From assembly GCA_052148655.1 (NCBI GenBank), contig JBKQHU010000132.1, forward strand, positions 22,813-86,812: a DNA stretch of 64,000 bases, read 5' to 3'. This document shows positions 62,901-64,000 of this stretch, piece by piece; within the stretch, counting starts at the first letter, position 1; each line of letters begins with the position of its first letter. A model generated the notes under the pieces. The model was not told where the DNA came from. It saw only the letters and a list, made by a program, of their open reading frames with translations, and did no database searches. The position numbers and the translations under genes were made by a program. The DNA comes from Acidimicrobiales bacterium. Its GTDB lineage: Bacteria; Actinomycetota; Acidimicrobiia; Acidimicrobiales; Bog-793.

Positions 62901-63054
62901 CTGCCTTCCGCCGAGCGCGGTCGGCCTGCGCGTCTTCGATCGACGACGAGTGGCTCTTCACACCGATCCCGAGATCGATGCACATGTCGAGGGCTTCCTT
63001 GTTGGTCAGCCCCAACTCGCGGGCAAGCTCGTAGACGCGGATTTTCTTGGGCAA
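59986..63054 (-). CDS. infB: translation initiation factor IF-2
   Basis: TTG start with GGAGAGGA upstream. N-terminal [11 protein letters not shown], a long Pro/Gly/Ala-rich linker and a G domain ([27 protein letters not shown]). Confidence 0.97.
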   Translation of the reverse strand: MPKKIRVYELARELGLTNKEALDMCIDLGIGVKSHSSSIEDAQADRARRKADREGLRRAVQPEEPAPTVPATSTAAARSRGTGGPQRGPGAPAGERPGSVLPAPTAEPVPSGATDGVVSRPEPEAAPATHEPRPGQRLVVSKSTSETTDAPRPAVARPAAVPGPGAPRPTATPAPVRPAGAPLGQRPGPAPSPPPARAPVPSPAPSPAVAPAPPLGAVAAATTAPVGVSHEITMPTSSAPAVAPTTPGVDHKPGAPRPVSPSGKPIPPPPGPRSISGRPIPPPPGARRPLPPSGTGPRPPVAGPRPGVPGSRPGMNPSRPGTVGSRPPAGRPVSPRPGSGTGFTRAPSHFPPRDGGRPGGGGFGGGGAPGARSGGYTPGGPTGAARGGPVGRGRPPQRKPRRRRRNMEELEPIQITAYMASSAPVPDHEVIVERGSTPQQLGPRLNRSAGDVVRFLLLQGEMVTATQPLTDDMIGLFAAEIGAQIRLVDPGEEQEAALRAKFFGGEDIEDEDEELQIRPPVITVMGHVDHGKTLLLDRIRHSNVIAGEAGGITQHIGAYQVEWHGQLLTFIDTPGHEAFTAMRARGASVTDIVVLVVAADDGVMPQTVEAINHAKAAKVPIVTAINKIDKADADPNHVLQQLSEHGLVPEAWGGDTITVEISALQSFGIDELLEQLVVLAEVLELRADSEVDARGVVLESNLDIGRGPVATIIVQRGTLRVGEPIVAGAAWGRVKALINDHGDQIKEAFPSMPVQVLGLSEPPIAGDELRVTSDLSIARTVGDAREQRLRFTTLAQASTLSASPGAKLEDLFEAIRKGETATLTLVLKADVQGSLEAVTQSLLKLERDDVKVSFVHRAVGGITESDVTIAAASGATIIGFNVRPDRRARELAESHKVEIRTYEIIYKLIEDVQAAMVGMLAPEIEEIVTGDAEVRAVFRVPRVGAVAGCYVTNGVITRGSKVRFLREGVVIWKGAVSSLRRFKDDVREVQAGFECGIGLTDFQDLKEGDVIETYDEREIPRS

Positions 63055-63316
63055 CTGGTGGTTCGGTCCTCTCCGATCGAGGGGCAGCGCAGCGTTCGGG
63101 GTCCCGAGCCTGGCGCGGCCTTACATTCTCACACAACGCCGGTGACCCGTGCACCCGTGCTCACATCTTAGGGCCGAACCCGTCGTCTGCGAGTCGCCCG
63201 CGGCCGCCGGTCGATGGCGCCACGTGCTGCTCACCTGGCACTGCAGCTCCGAGGTGGGTGCCCGCGAACAGTTGGAGCCCGCGGTATCGACCCGAGCGCG
63301 CACTACATTGCGGGCG

Positions 63317-63958
63317 ATGCAACTGTCCTTCGGACCACGGGAGGGAGCGGCACTGGTCGCAGTCGAACGGGCGAACGGTGGGGAGCTCGCCCCGCTCGGC
63401 CAGGTGCTGTGGACCCTGCACAGTTTCACCCCACCGCACTTGCGCCCGAGCCCGGCCGACTTCGCAGCCTCGGCAACTTTGCTGATCGAGCTCGGGGCCG
63501 TCGAGTTCGTCGAAGACCAGCTGGGCCTGACCCCGGAGGGGCGCAAGCTGCTGCGGCGATCCGGCATGCCGAACAACCCCCGTCACGTGGCGCTCGTGAC
63601 CGAGCTGTTGCAGGAGTTCGACACCGAGGAATTCGACCCCGACGCTGTGCCGGCCGCACCCACGGCAGAGGACGTCCACTGGGCCCTCAGTGAGGGTGAC
63701 GGCATCGGAGAGACCGACGCTGGCACCCTCACGCCCGTCATCGAGGAGCGCTACTCGCCGATCCTCGGCGCCGGCACACCCGACATCGTCATGAGGTCTT
63801 ACCGTGTGCCCGCCGTCCCGCCCAAGGATTCGGGCGAGACCCCCCAAGCGCCCGACCCTGTCCCCGTCAGCGGATCGCCGGCGCATCCTTTCTTGGACCG
63901 CCTGTTCGGCCGCGGAGCAAAGGGCCGCAACGGGCCCACCGCCTCGCGGCCCAGCTGA
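63317..63958 (+). CDS. hypothetical protein (about 213 aa)
   Basis: This is the only ORF with a protein-like composition in the region upstream of infB. The start is uncertain (ATG 63317 chosen within track ORF 63149..63958). No family is recognised. Confidence 0.4.
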   Translation: MQLSFGPREGAALVAVERANGGELAPLGQVLWTLHSFTPPHLRPSPADFAASATLLIELGAVEFVEDQLGLTPEGRKLLRRSGMPNNPRHVALVTELLQEFDTEEFDPDAVPAAPTAEDVHWALSEGDGIGETDAGTLTPVIEERYSPILGAGTPDIVMRSYRVPAVPPKDSGETPQAPDPVPVSGSPAHPFLDRLFGRGAKGRNGPTASRPS

Positions 63959-64000
63959 GCTGTCGACCGCTAGCCGCGTGTCCGCCCGGGCGGTGGCTGG

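Overview
This is a high-GC bacterial chromosome segment, roughly two-thirds G+C by eye (not computed). It falls into three blocks.

(1) 1-4.6 kb: fatty-acid synthesis genes fabH (5' partial), fabG, acpP and fabF, followed by an ABC1/UbiB-type kinase.

(2) About 5.3-41 kb: a complete monoderm-type flagellar regulon.
- csrA is transcribed divergently from flgB.
- A plus-strand super-operon of about 24 kb follows: flgB-flgC-fliE-fliF-fliG-fliH-fliI-fliJ-[NlpC/P60+SLT hydrolase]-fliK-flgD-flgE-flbD-motA-motB-fliM-fliN-fliO-fliP-fliQ-fliR-flhB-flhA-[FlhF-like]-[small membrane protein]-[flgN-like]-flgK-flgL-fliW.
- A minus-strand filament operon runs fliC-fliD-fliS-[100-aa unknown]-[GT4 glycosyltransferase].
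- A 1310-aa multi-module glycosyltransferase gene is divergent from fliC.
- A sigma-28-type fliA sits behind an AT-rich palindrome-bearing region.

(3) 41-64 kb: a small ORF plus a DUF1643 gene, then housekeeping genes, mostly on the minus strand. These are pheT, pheS, a trmH-like gene, rplT, rpmI, infC, DUF1844 (+), HAD, GNAT, a PNPOx-like gene (+), hisG, ribH, ribBA, ribD, mog, rpe, fmt, def, ribF, truB, rbfA and infB.

I recognised no rRNA, tRNA, CRISPR array, transposase or integrase.

The most interesting points are:
- a putative flagellin-glycosylation island built around the giant fused enzyme;
- an FlhF homologue whose GTPase motifs all look replaced, with no flhG partner;
- a two-headed (P60 + lytic transglycosylase) hydrolase in the FlgJ niche;
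- a split CsrA/FliW module with GGA sites in the fliC leader.

All homology calls come from reading the translated ORFs by eye. No database search was run. Many start codons were re-assigned from the ORF track, because in this GC range out-of-frame read-through artificially extends ORFs.
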